64,000 nt of DNA from Tubulanus polymorphus (GCF_964204645.1 NC_134033.1:15880655-15944654), one strand, 5' to 3'. Shown: positions 38,629-50,873, counted from the first letter of the stretch. A program made the numbers and translations. Notes: generated by a model from the letters alone, not told the origin.

Positions 38629-40962
38629 CTAGTACCCACCTCCTCCAGCATTTCCTCCGTATGCACCACCTCCTCCAGCATTTCCTCCGTATGCACCACC
38701 TCCTCCAGCATTTCCTCCATACGCACCACCTCCTCCAGTATTTCCTCCATACGCACCACCTCCTCCAGTATTTCCTCCATACGCACCACCTCCTCCAGCA
38801 TTTCCTCCGTATGCACCACCTCCTCCAGCATTTCCTCCATACGCACCACCTCCTCCAGTATTTCCTCCATACGCACCACCTCCTCCAGTATTTCCTCCAT
38901 ACGCACCACCTCCTCCAGTATTTCCTCCATACGCACCACCTCCTCCAGCATTTCCTCCGTATGCACCACCTCCTCCAGCATTTCCTCCATACGCACCACC
39001 TCCTCCAGTATTTCCTCCATACGCACCACCTCCTCCAGCATTTCCTCCGTATGCACCACCTCCTCCAGCATTTCCTCCGTATGCACCACCACCTCCAGCA
39101 TTTCCTCCGTACATACCACCTCCAGCACCTCCTCCATACATACCACCTCCAGCACCTCCTCCATACGCACCACCTCCTCCAGCATTTCCTCCGTACATAC
39201 CACCTCCTCCAGCATTTCCTCCGTACATACCACCTCCAGCACCTCCTCCATACATACCACCTCCTCCAGCACCTCCTCCATACGCACCGCCTCCTCCAGC
39301 ACCTCCTCCATACGCACCGCCTCCTCCAGCACCTCCTCCATACGCACCACCTCCTCCAGCACCTCCTCCATACGCACCTCCTCCAGCATTTCCTCCGTAC
39401 ATACCACCTCCAGCACCTCCTCCATACGCACCACCTCCTCCAGTATTTCCTCCATACGCACCACCTCCTCCAGCATTTCCTCCGTATGCACCACCTCCTC
39501 CAGCATTTCCTCCGTATGCACCACCACCTCCAGCATTTCCTCCGTACATACCACCTCCAGCACCTCCTCCATACATACCACCTCCAGCACCTCCTCCATA
39601 CGCACCACCTCCTCCAGCATTTCCTCCGTACATACCACCTCCTCCAGCATTTCCTCCGTACATACCACCTCCAGCACCTCCTCCATACATACCACCTCCT
39701 CCAGCACCTCCTCCATACGCACCACCTCCTCCAGCACCTCCTCCATACGCACCTCCTCCAGCACCTCCTCCATATGCACCACCTCCTCCATCACCTCCTC
39801 CATACGCATCACCTCCTCCAGCACCTCCTCCATACGCACCTCCTCCAGCACCTCCTCCATAACCACTTTCAGCATCTGGTCCATATTTATCTCCTGGACC
39901 TCTTCCAGTTCCATATCCACTTATTCTATCTCCATTATAACTGCTTCCCCCGCCAGAACCTGCACCATATCCATTACCTCCTCCAGCACCTCCATAGGCA
40001 CCACCTCCTCCAGCACCTCCATAGGCACCACCTCCTCCAGCACCTCCATAGGCACCACCTCCTCCAGCATTCCTTCCATATGCACCACCTCCTGCAGCCC
40101 CTCCTCCATACCCACCACCTCCTGTTACTCCATATCCACCCCCTGCATTTCCTCCATAGCCACCTCCAAATCTTCCTCCTCCATGGCCTCCTCCAAATCC
40201 ACCTGCATAATTACCTCTTTGACCGAATCCACCTCCGAAACCACGTCCAAATCCAGCCCCAATGCCTTTTCCAAATCTGCCTCCAGGGCCTCCTCCAAGT
40301 CCACCTGCATAACTACCTCTTTGACCTCCGAATCTTCCATACCCACCACCTCCTCTTACTCCGTATCCACCCCCTGCATTTCCTCCATAGCCACCTCCAA
40401 ATCTTCCTCCTCCATGGGCTCCTCCAAATCCACCTGCATAATTACCTCTTTGACCGAATCCACCTCCAAAACCACGTCCAAATCCAGCCCCAAGGCCTTT
40501 TCCTAATCCAGCCCCATAACCGCCTTTAAATCCGCCTCCCATGTGACCTGGCCCTCCTATATAACCTGGTCCTCCCATATGACCTGGTCCTCCCATGTGG
40601 CCTGGTCCTCCCATGTGGCCTGGTCCTCCCATATGGCCTGGTCCTCCGAGCGGTCCACCAATAGGTCCTATAAGGAAAACAACATTATAATTGAATTATT
40701 TCAGTGAAGTACATGTTGATGTTCAACTCTGTGATAGTAATATATTAATAACGTTATCTTTACAGCGTGTTCCTTAGGAAGAACGTTACATCCGTTCAAC
40801 GCTCTATGATGCTATCATTTCGATCGTCATAAGGGGTTTAACGGATGGTGCCGTCTTTTCTGGATGGCTCTACGTACACGTATACTAACACCTATACATA
40901 CCACGAAGGAAACCTGAGCCAGCTACGAATCCTACGAATGCCAGCAACACGAGTGTCTTCAT
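38629..40962 (-). CDS. Secreted Gly/Tyr-rich repetitive structural protein B, ~699 aa, paralog of A; coding exons 40962-40902 and 40667-38629
   Basis: Signal exon MKTLVLLAFVGFVAGSGFLR, G|GTATGT donor, acceptor TATAG at 40669-40668, in frame with the 667-aa ORF. Same exon layout as A (non-coding exon 1 donor at 41173). Confidence 0.85.
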
Positions 40963-41779
40963 GATCTGATGAAATAATGAACATTGAATTTAGTTTTCTG
41001 GTCATTCGATTTTGAGGTTGCTATTTCAACGAGATCTTAATCATTTGTAACTGCAGCCCCCATTTTATCCAAAATACATCAATAATCAGTAACTATGTAA
41101 TGAATGCAGTACGGTTATTCATTGCAGAATTCATGGAGGAAGTCATCATTTTAGAGAGTCGATGAAACTTACCGGAGTTCTGTGAATGCTGCGCACTTTT
41201 CGATGTTACTCCAAAAGAAATGTTCTGTCAAAATGAGCTATAGATAGCGGAACTTATATATATGCACAGGTGTGCCAGACACAGATGTGCCAGACAAAAA
41301 TGTCAAATATCATTCGTTTCAATCGGTAACATTTGCTGCAACGCCTGCGGTTCCCTCAACTGAACATCTGTTCTTCTACGGCTAATGTACTTTTGTCATA
41401 GATCGGTTTTGTTTATAGTTTTGTTTTATCGTTTTTGCGCCTCTGCAATTCGGTAACGATAGAAAATACTAACATAAGTTTCGTAACAGGTGGCTTCAAA
41501 CTACAAAACGTCACCACTTAAACACAGTTGTCGGTTTTTGTTTGACTCATTACTCCATTTCTAATATTTAATGACTCTAGAACTGTTGAACCGGGTTCCA
41601 CCATCGAGTTATCAACGAACCACCAAAAATGCGATTAAATTGTGTAAATCCTAGGAATCTAGATAAACTGATATCGTTGGAAATTATTTGATATAATATA
41701 CTTCACTCTAGCAGGCCTGGTGGATCCTCGCTTGCCATTGGTGAATCCCTTTTACCACAGCAGTTTTCTTCACGGCGAA

Positions 41780-42480
41780 ATTAAAAGAAAATGAAAATGA
41801 ACTCAAAGAAGCTATAAAGGAAAGTGCCGTAGGAAGGTCAGGGGCTATGGAAAAAGTTGACGAAGCTAAAAAGAGATCAGCAAGGACAAGAAAGAATTCG
41901 AAAAATGATTATTTGAGAAAAAAGTCGTATTTCACACTAGCACATCTGGTGGATCCTCGCTTGCCACTGGTGAATTCTCTTTTGCCACAGCAGTTGATGT
42001 TTTCTTCACAGAGACTTGAAAAACTCAAAAGAAGCTGAAAAGGAAAGCACCAAGGGAAAAAAGTTGACGAAGCTAAAAAAAAGAATTCAGCGAGGACAAG
42101 AAAAATAGTCAAAGAGGCCGTCTAAGATGAAAAGACGGAAGGAAAGAAAGTGGACGAAGCCAAAAAGAAAGTAGAAACCGGCGCCCCAGCTCCAGCCAGA
42201 GAGGGAGCCGCATAAGAAGTCATAAGAGAGGAAAAAGGAAGATACAGAAAAAGCCAAGAAAAAAGTAGAAGAGAAAACTAAGAAACTCAAAGAAAAGGAA
42301 AATAAACTCAAAGAAGCTGAAAAGGAAAGCGTCGAAGGAAAGCAGAGGGCTAAGGAAAAAGTTGAACCTGGTTGTGCTCCGGCCTCACTTGCCATTCTTG
42401 TAGACGTGTTATCTTGCTCCACCCATTGTTCAACTAACACCCCTCCGCAAAAAGTCACAAGACCAGTAAAATACAAAATA
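41780..42480 (+). pseudogene. Degenerate Lys/Glu-rich coding-like exon(s); paralogous remnant at ~35010-35190
   Basis: After acceptor-like ttttcttcacag (42011): ...KKVDEAKKKVETGAPAPA...EDTEKAKKKVEEKTKKLKEKENKLKEAEKES..., with stops and frameshifts. Confidence 0.35.
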
Positions 42481-43067
42481 GTGTATTTTAGACCTTATGC
42501 TTTACTTACACCAATAGTCAGTCCTTTTACTTGAGGTTGAATTTGTATCTACGATGCTTTACCCTTCCACTGCCTTTGACCATGGATTCTAAAACGATTC
42601 GTTTTAGAGTCCATGCTTTGACTTTCAAAGCAGGGCCAAGAATGCGCATTCTTGATGAACACCGCACTATTAATGACGTAATATTTAATTCTTCGGTGCT
42701 TTTAAATACCCAAAGCAGAGTTATCATTTACCAGATGAAGGGAATCAATAGGATATGTCTCAGACAGCTGTTGTGACTGTCCCCGCCTGCATAAGTCGCT
42801 ACACGACCACAGATAGATCAGTAACCAGCTAGTTTTGTTAATTCTTCATTTCACAATTTTATTGAACACTTTATTAGATCGAAGAGAAACTATTTGACCA
42901 TGGAACCTCCCAATAAATAACGGGTTTCGTGGCTGTTTCGGCCATGGAGCCACTTCAGTAGCAAAATTTCAAAATGGCGTCAAGCTGTAAAATTGTAATC
43001 CACAATAAACAGAAGTGTGTCCTCCACAAACCCATTTTGGTCGTTCCAGATCTCGTTTTGTTGTACA

Positions 43068-43463
43068 TTATTGCCATTGTGCTTTTTGTTCTGCGGCATC
43101 TCTGACCCGGTTCAAATGAGACAGAGTTTTCGCATCCTCCATCTTTCTTTTGTCGACGCCTCTTTCGTCGCGCTGAAAAGAACTATCGCTGCTGCCTCTA
43201 ATCTGTTGCGACGACCGTTTTAAGCGAAGCGACCTTTTACGACGACTAACGCTCCTATCGAAATCCTCATCGTGTATTTCTATATCCGCGAATTCAGGCT
43301 TGTCCGGCACCGCTGGTAACGGGTCGGCGTATCTGCGGTCAAGCGCTACTTCTTCCAGCACATCACCGCCAACTTCGTCTCTAGCTCTGAGTTCGAATCG
43401 GTCATATCCCATAACTAATCCTGACATCGGTACCAACAACAAGCAAAAAATCACGCCTTTCAT
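43068..43463 (-). CDS. Secreted prepropeptide, 131 aa, with multiple basic cleavage sites
   Basis: Signal peptide MKGVIFCLLLVPMSGLVMG, acidic pro-region, RR/RRKR/KR/KRK sites. Acceptor at 43474-43473 just upstream of AAAATG; upstream donor at 43620; AATAAA at ~42875 and ~42863. Confidence 0.7.
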   Translation of the reverse strand: MKGVIFCLLLVPMSGLVMGYDRFELRARDEVGGDVLEEVALDRRYADPLPAVPDKPEFADIEIHDEDFDRSVSRRKRSLRLKRSSQQIRGSSDSSFQRDERGVDKRKMEDAKTLSHLNRVRDAAEQKAQWQ

Positions 43464-45487
43464 TTTTGAAACCTACAACATGAAATGTTTCATCAGAAAA
43501 TCAACCAATCTAGATGACAATGTTACCACACAGCTGAAGAACTGGATCCAGATCTATGAATCTTTTACGTAGAAGGATAGGGTCCCAGCTATAACGCTTC
43601 AGTTAGCTAGCTCTCTTACCTGCGACACAAGAAGATAATAGCATGAAGAAAACGAGACTACAGGTGAAGAAAACATTCTATTATTTGCTCTTTGCGCAGA
43701 AATAGAGAGGCTTACGTGGGAAATACGTTAATACTGACGTCTTTGTGATAAACGAATAAAAATTTTTTTAAAAAGTTACACACATCGGCAATGATGAATT
43801 ACATAATTGTTATGATGTAAGAGTACGAAAAATACATAGGAAGCAATGCTTGCAATCATCACACTTACATGTTACTAAACAAAGAAAAAGAATGAAAATG
43901 AAAAGAATGAAATAGTAGACTTGCAACAATCCATCATGAAATTATGGCACCTATTGCTCTTCCTCTGAGTAGAGAATTGCACTTTGCACGCAGATCACAA
44001 CGATTTTCTTGACCGAGGAAATTTGATCGCAATTATTAAAGTACGGATAGAAATTTCAGCTCTGAACGCTGACGATTGAAACATCTTCGAGCTTAGCTTT
44101 TGAATCCCGTTTGGGTCCTCGCTGTATTTTATATTACAGATGTTTTGTCTGGTCATATTCCCGATGATTCCGTGGGCTTTGTTTCTTCGCAAACAATCGT
44201 CTCGTATATGGTATCATGCTCAAGACAAGATCATTTATTTCAATAGAAACGTGACCTAATACAGAACATATGGAAATGATTTGCAAAGAATTATTCTGAA
44301 CTAGACACACAGCCTTAGACTTTGTATTCTCACAAATAGCAACAATGTAAGAGAGGTTGCACGTATGAATGTGAAAGATAATCACCGGGAGTCCAGTTTC
44401 GCAAAAAAAGTTAAAAACAAATTTCTGATCTAGTTACTACTGGTTGCTTCATGTTTTCAACGAGGATTAGAACTGAAAACTTAACCGTTTTACACTTAAA
44501 ACGTTTTCGTGAATCCGGGCCCAGGAAAAATCTGATTTCCTCGATCCTTGAAGTACGGGTCACTACTACCGTCCTTCTGGGTTCCTTCAAGATTTACAGT
44601 ATCAATCGGCTGTCTGAACCCAAGGAAGCCTCTCAATCTAGATCCTGCACCTCCCAGTCCCGACCCTGCACCAGTTATTCGATAGGTCAAGATAACACAC
44701 ATCGAAAATTTAGTAATCTATTAAATTCCGAGCCAAATTGTGTAACTGTCTCAATCTCCTAATAGAACTGTCGCATATTCCATTCCTCTCGATTTAGATT
44801 CGCATCATCGAACTATTTGACAAATTCTCTGCAGCAGTGAACAGATGTTCATTTGAATAGGTCAGAATCTTCTTCAGAGTGGTCATAAAAATCAATAACC
44901 AATACAACAGAATCGAATGAGTCGCATTAGCTTTATTTTTGAACATTTTTGTTACATAGTAACAAATTAAATAACAAACATACTTGAAAACGTTAAAAAA
45001 AGCTGTATTGTAGATTCATAATAAATCATCGTTTTCATTACTTGAAACATTTATGAGCCGTATGCGGTTGAAATCACAGAATAATTGAAGCAATTGATTT
45101 TTTCTTTCGATAACTTTGATAAAGTTCAAAATGCATTTTGCTTTGACACACACAAGAACTAGAACAGACAGCGCTTGGCAATATGGTAACACTGGCTATT
45201 CCGCTAAATGGCGTACACTCAAATCTTAATTAGTTCATTATTATCAACTTTGAACTGAACTTTTAGGCTCGTTGTCCATGCACTATCACAGGAACAGTCG
45301 TCGTACACAAAAACAGTCGTACATAGTTTTTACAGGTCTCAGTTGAGCTGACTACTATCGAACCAGACAGCATAGTAGCGAAGCCATCACCTCAGTCCAA
45401 TTAAAGTGGCGCTAAATCTGAATACTGGTATTAAGTTTGTTAGCTTGGCTATGAAACTAATCCACTGTGGTGAATCTGCCCTCCCGC

Positions 45488-46675
45488 TTATTCCTGATTC
45501 ACTGACGACGAAATAGAACAGATTTGTAATAACGATTGACAGTTATCCGGTACGTAGCTCTCGGCGCGATGACCCTTTTTATCTTTGACCAGTTTCAGTT
45601 GAGGCGACTGTTCGACCAGTATTCGAGCGACGTCAACGCGACCTCGTTCTACAGCCTGAAATTATATCAACACTTCAGAATGAACCGCGGTCGAACTTAT
45701 CATCGTAGCTAGTGGTTGATTACATCGATGACTTATCCAACCCCTCCCCCGTCCTTGTCCACAAGTCCAAAAAATCTAAAACACCCCTCTACAGCGTGGA
45801 TGTCTTTTATGGACGGCCCCTTATGACATTTGAGTGAATATTTGATTCTCAATGAAAACATTTTGAAAATATACCGATTTTGATTCGAAAGTCAGAGATA
45901 TGGAACTGGGTGCTGAGTTCCGTGAAGCAGACCTTACTAAACTCACTTTATGTAAAGCCGTTTTACCATCATTGTCTTGTAGCAATGGATTTGATTTGTA
46001 AGCGATCAGTAAGCGAATGATATCTACATGTCCGCAGTAAGCCGCACGTTGTAGAGACGTGACGCCTCCGGACCGAGTCCGCGCGTCGACTTCAGCACCG
46101 TTCATTAGTAACACTTTACATACTTCAATCATTCCATGACGACTGGCGTAGTGCTGAAATACAATACAATATCCAATACAATACAATACGCAATACAATA
46201 TCCAATACAATACAATACGCAATACAATATCCAATACAATACAATTGAGGGGGGACTTATGAGACAGGAAAGTAGCCTACCCCTCTCATGGTAAAAGTGC
46301 CTTTTTTCTTGAAAAAGAACAGCCCTTACCATAACCTTATATTCATACCATAACCCGTAACCTTACCCATACCCCTGGACCCTAAGTCCTGATTTTCTGC
46401 GTTTGAAAAAGCCGCCATTTTCGTTCAAGATGGAGACCCTCACTTACCAGTGCGGTATAACCCGACGTATCTTCGCTATCGACGTGAATTCCTTTACGAA
46501 TGAATTTCTCAACTCTAGTCACATCACCGTCAATCGCCGCGTTCCAGATTCCGCGTTCGAATTGCATCTCGTCGATAGTCTGAACCAGTGATGGGTACGG
46601 CGACGGTAAACTGCATCCTCCGGCACCATGTCCACAGCCGCCGGCGCCACCGCAGTTTCTCTGCTCTTTGGACAT
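45488..46675 (-). CDS. ANKRD39: Ankyrin repeat domain protein 39, ~200 aa; exons 46675-46448, 46153-45947, 45655-45488
   Basis: [31 protein letters not shown]-like, [14 protein letters not shown] and TALHKAVERG match ANKRD39; two phase-0 introns. Confidence 0.9.
46160..46245. repeat. (CAATA)n-type microsatellite directly upstream of the ANKRD39 exon 2 acceptor
   Basis: acaatacaatatccaatacaatacaatacgc repeated. Confidence 0.85.
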
Positions 46676-47160
46676 TTCAGTTCAGTCGTGAAAAACGATA
46701 TTTACGCGAAAGATTATTTCATTTTGCCTCCAGTTTAAACTACGACATTTTACACGAAGAATTCGTCAATAAATCCCCATAAATCACGTAAAACAGAAAC
46801 TACACGTCGAACAGCCGCCATTTTGATTAGTAACAATAATTGACGGCTGACGGACTTTAACACTAAATTACGGAACTGGACTTTTGTTTAATACTAATAC
46901 AATTCAATTAATACTTTATTTATATACTTTATAATCACGCTCGGTATTCCTATTTTTTGTCGTAAATCGTGAAAGTAAGTGATAGAAAAATAAATGACAA
47001 TAGGCGACCTTTTGAGGAATTCCATAAAATAGCTTATATTTACCGATAGAATTTATCTATAAGCTAATCGGACGGGTTTTGAACAAAATCTACTTTTCAT
47101 TGACATTGTTCTTTCTAATGTTCTTTTTTTAAATCAACAATAAATGTTTTTTTTTAGATA
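46676..47160. promoter_or_regulatory. Bidirectional promoter region ANKRD39 / ZDHHC with YY1 motif
   Basis: Start codons 486 bp apart and divergent; GCCGCCATTTTG at 46815-46826; + strand donor AAA|GTAAGT near 46974 and acceptor T-tract AG just before the ZDHHC ATG. Confidence 0.55.
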
Positions 47161-48015
47161 ATGGATTTATTGAAAAGACGGCCTCTGAACGCTTGTTGTT
47201 TCCCTCGGACTCCGCGAGATCGGATTACATTCCTCATTTTCCTCGGCGGCGGCCCGTTTCTCATCTGGTACGAACTATTTCACGTACGGCCTCGAATCGA
47301 CCACGACCCTGATTTATTGTGGCACCACCTGGTGGCCACTGCCTTCATATTCGTAGGGGTCTACACGAACTTATACAAGATGGTTTCTACAGACATTTCA
47401 ACCGGATTTTTGTCGAAGCGGGATGTCGGTGATAAATCCAAACCGGGCGATCGATACTGCGATATTTGTAAACGCCGGACTCCAGTCCGGACTCATCACT
47501 GTAAACTATGCAACGTGTGTATTTTAAAACGTGACCACCATTGTTGGTTCGCCGGATACTGCGTTGGTTACGGTAACCAACGATATTACGTCATGGCGAT
47601 CGCGTATTGTTGGATCGCGGGATTTTACGCACAAGCTTACTACATCGAATTCGTCAAGGCAGTGTTAGGGTCATCGCTATGGCAACTCGGTAGTTTACTG
47701 GCCCCGCACGTCCCGTTCATGTTAGGATATTATACGGCGTACGAATTCGTTATAGCTGCTTTAACATCCATCGGTATATTCCTGCAAATAGTGTTAACCT
47801 GGCTGCTGCAGATACAGTTGGTGCAGATCGTCGGCGGTCAAACGCGCCACGAGCGCGCCAAAAATATCACCAAATACAACCTGGGTTTGGTAGCGAACGT
47901 GCGAGAAGTTTTCGGCGATCGTTGGTATCTAGTCTGGTTGAGCGCGTTCATACCGTCACGGTTGCCCGGCGACGGCGTCCATTTTGTCGAAGCGGAGAAA
48001 ACGAAAATTAAATGA
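47161..48015 (+). CDS. ZDHHC24: DHHC palmitoyltransferase, ZDHHC24-like, single coding exon, 284 aa
   Basis: YCDICKRRTPVRTHHCKLCNVCILKRDHHCWFAGYCVG, GQTRHE, YNLGLVANVREVFG, PSRLPGDG; C-terminal KxKxx. Confidence 0.85.
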   Translation: MDLLKRRPLNACCFPRTPRDRITFLIFLGGGPFLIWYELFHVRPRIDHDPDLLWHHLVATAFIFVGVYTNLYKMVSTDISTGFLSKRDVGDKSKPGDRYCDICKRRTPVRTHHCKLCNVCILKRDHHCWFAGYCVGYGNQRYYVMAIAYCWIAGFYAQAYYIEFVKAVLGSSLWQLGSLLAPHVPFMLGYYTAYEFVIAALTSIGIFLQIVLTWLLQIQLVQIVGGQTRHERAKNITKYNLGLVANVREVFGDRWYLVWLSAFIPSRLPGDGVHFVEAEKTKIK

Positions 48016-48777
48016 TTTCTTTCAACCGTAATTTACGAGACTTTTTTCTATTTTTGTCCATTCTAGAAAACTTTGTATTATTATCTATTTTATATCCAAG
48101 GGTTCTTTTCAATATCCCATAAATAAATCTTATAAATAAATCTAACAGTTTTAAGTGATTCTTTTTCTCATTTATGAAAATCCATTTTTGAAGAGTTATG
48201 GACTAAAAAGTGGCTATTTTTGACGAGTGATGGAAGAAAGGATAACATTTATAGCCAGTGAACAGACGGAAAAGGCAGGGACGCTGGAGGTTCAGATTGT
48301 GATTCTAGACTGTTTCACTGAAGAATGGGAATATCAATTCATTTCAAGAGTTTGAACCTTGAACTCAAATCATGTCATGTATTAAGCCAATCAGAGTCGG
48401 CAGATTCACTATCAGTACATACAATGCATCTGGATTGGCAAGGCTAGAAATATAGACTAGTGGCCGCAGAGCGACAACCATGGTGTGTTGGTGTGAGCTC
48501 CTTCTATTGTATGAAACAGGAACTCCTTCTATTGTATGAAACAGCTATTCAGGGTCTGTCAGCCCGTCCATGAAGTACGCGCTGATTTCAACCCACAACC
48601 TGTAATTACTTCACGTGAAACTGTTGAATATTTGAAAAAAAAAAACAAACATTTCATATTATATATAATTCATACTCAATTTATTATTGTTATTCTGCAT
48701 CATAATAATCTCTTAAAAACAAATTACATCATCATTATCATCATCATTATAGTAAATAACATGAATATACTTATCAT

Positions 48778-48813
<36 letters not shown>

Positions 48814-49908
48814 GTATAATACATTTAGTTTCTATAATTTATAATATCGTTCGTTTAACTACAAGAGTATTTGTGGGACCCAATTTACACAAGATCGGAC
48901 CCTAGCCTATCGAGTTAAACCTCGGTTTTAAGTCATTCGTCTATAAAACTGGGTCCTCATTTTTTACTCTGTCGACCAAAATAAACGACAATTTACACTG
49001 TTTAAAATAGGTGAGGAATCCGGTGATAATCCGTACAGTTGGTAAATCATTTATAGTGCTGTAAAGGTAAGCCAGATCAACGAAGGGCTAGTTGCACCAG
49101 ACTACACTTAGATTTAAGCTCAGTCCACGTTCGCACCGGTTAGAAAGAACAATTGCGTGGTGGATCTAGGGAAATTGGAAGGCCGGGATCCAGAAGAAAA
49201 GGTAAAGGCATTTCAGACATGTCAATGAACTTAAGTGGGGTCCCTTCATCTATAGGGTTAGATAGATTTTTGAAGAAATCGACCGTAAAAGATGCAATTT
49301 CCCGAGAGGATGAGTTTCGAATTTACAGGTTTCAACATCTCCGTCTTTGCAAAGAAGGCAATCTCGATGAGAAGGCAGAAGTCCGGACCCCCGAGACCAC
49401 CCCCTCGATCCACCCCTGCAACTAAGACCAGTTTTAAGTCCATTCATGACTGCTAAAAATGGGCCTTGGATCCAGTTCCACGGCTTTGTCGACATTGAAA
49501 TTTTTTTCAATTCATCGCTCAATATTACTAGATTACCAGTTCTAATCAGGGGTTACTGGCACAATGGCGTCTTCAGTCGAAATGTAGTTTTTAACTGATC
49601 GGACTGGTGCGAAGTTGTTAGATTCACTAACAGACTGGTCTCAAATCTAAGCCATGACACGGCGCTGATCTGCCCAGATCCAAATAATAGCTATATAAAT
49701 ACAGGCTGTGTGTAAGGAGACTGACACTAACATTCTAGTCATAATAAGGCATTGTAAAGTTGATGGTTTACGACAGTAGAGATAATGAGGGGAGTGAGTG
49801 ACCTGAGATTTAAAACTTAAAGCATTTCATTGAGCAAAATAAACGATAGATAGATACAGTTAGTAGTAGTACAGACGTCATCATTATCACGCTCAAATTC
49901 TCTCTATA

Positions 49909-50227
49909 GTCGCGATCACACGAGCGTTTTTGGCCTGTGCCAAATTTGGCCCGGGACAACTGTTCACACGGGTGCCAAATGGGCCCGAGCCTGTTTAGCA
50001 CGGGCCAAATTTGGCCAGACCAAAAACGTCGGATCAGGCCCGAGCCAAATTTTAGCACGGGACAAAAGATTGCGTTTGAATTGCCACTGGAACTGGCCCA
50101 CTTCGCTTTGTTTGAGCATTGTTTAGTATCGAGTGAGTGGATCTCTAATTAGGCATGGGCCAAATTCGGATCGAGTCTGATCCGTGCAACTTTGGCCCGG
50201 GCCAAATCGTCTCCGTGTGATCGCGAC
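49909..50227. mobile_element. PIF/Harbinger-like MITE family A copy 2 (copy 3 at ~53054-53388, with a nested CWG MITE)
   Basis: ata|gtcgcgatcacac ... gtgtgatcgcgac|tta. Confidence 0.8.
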
Positions 50228-50873
50228 TTATCTCTCCTTTTTTGCAATTTCAAATAAACCATTTATGACTCCGCGTTATAAAAGAAGATCAGATGCCACG
50301 CGTTCGAAAGTTCGTTCGAATCCGCGCTAGATACCGGTATATCCAAATCCGTCATTACAAAGTAGATTTGATTGTCATTACGTCGACCGCCGGTCGTCAA
50401 AACTCTTTATCGCCGACGCGCCCTCGCTTGAACCAACTTTCGAGCGTATATGGTTCCCGATCTAGATTTAAGAAAGTTACTTCGGTGAAGCTAACTTTAA
50501 AATCGGATCTTCTTAGAACATAGTGGAAAACCGGGAGCGGATCCAGGTGTGACGACAGACTACAGCACCGATACTAAAAGGGGATTCGTTCTCGCTAACC
50601 CCGAACCTCCCCCTCGGCACAGACCTGAAACTGACTTTGTTATCGAGTTATGGCGTCGGACACCCACGCATACGAAGTTGAAATAGACATTACACTTTTA
50701 AAAAAAGTTAGCAAACACCGTCTATCTAGAGATGAATCGTAACTGGTCTCACACCGAACACATTCGAAACTTACAGCTTTTTAGTTTTATGTTTATTATT
50801 TCAGTAAGTTACGCTTCGTATTTTTCACTTTTAAATAATAATCACCTATAATTCACTGTATAGCGCACAGGGA

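Noticed and set aside
38334-40529. 641-aa + ORF and 528-aa [11 protein letters not shown]
   Set aside because: Antisense and shifted-frame shadows of gene B.
43140-43335. Resemblance of SSDSSF / YAD to secretin-glucagon-GHRH N-termini
   Set aside because: Only 2-3 residues match and spacing to the cleavage sites is wrong; insufficient for a family call.
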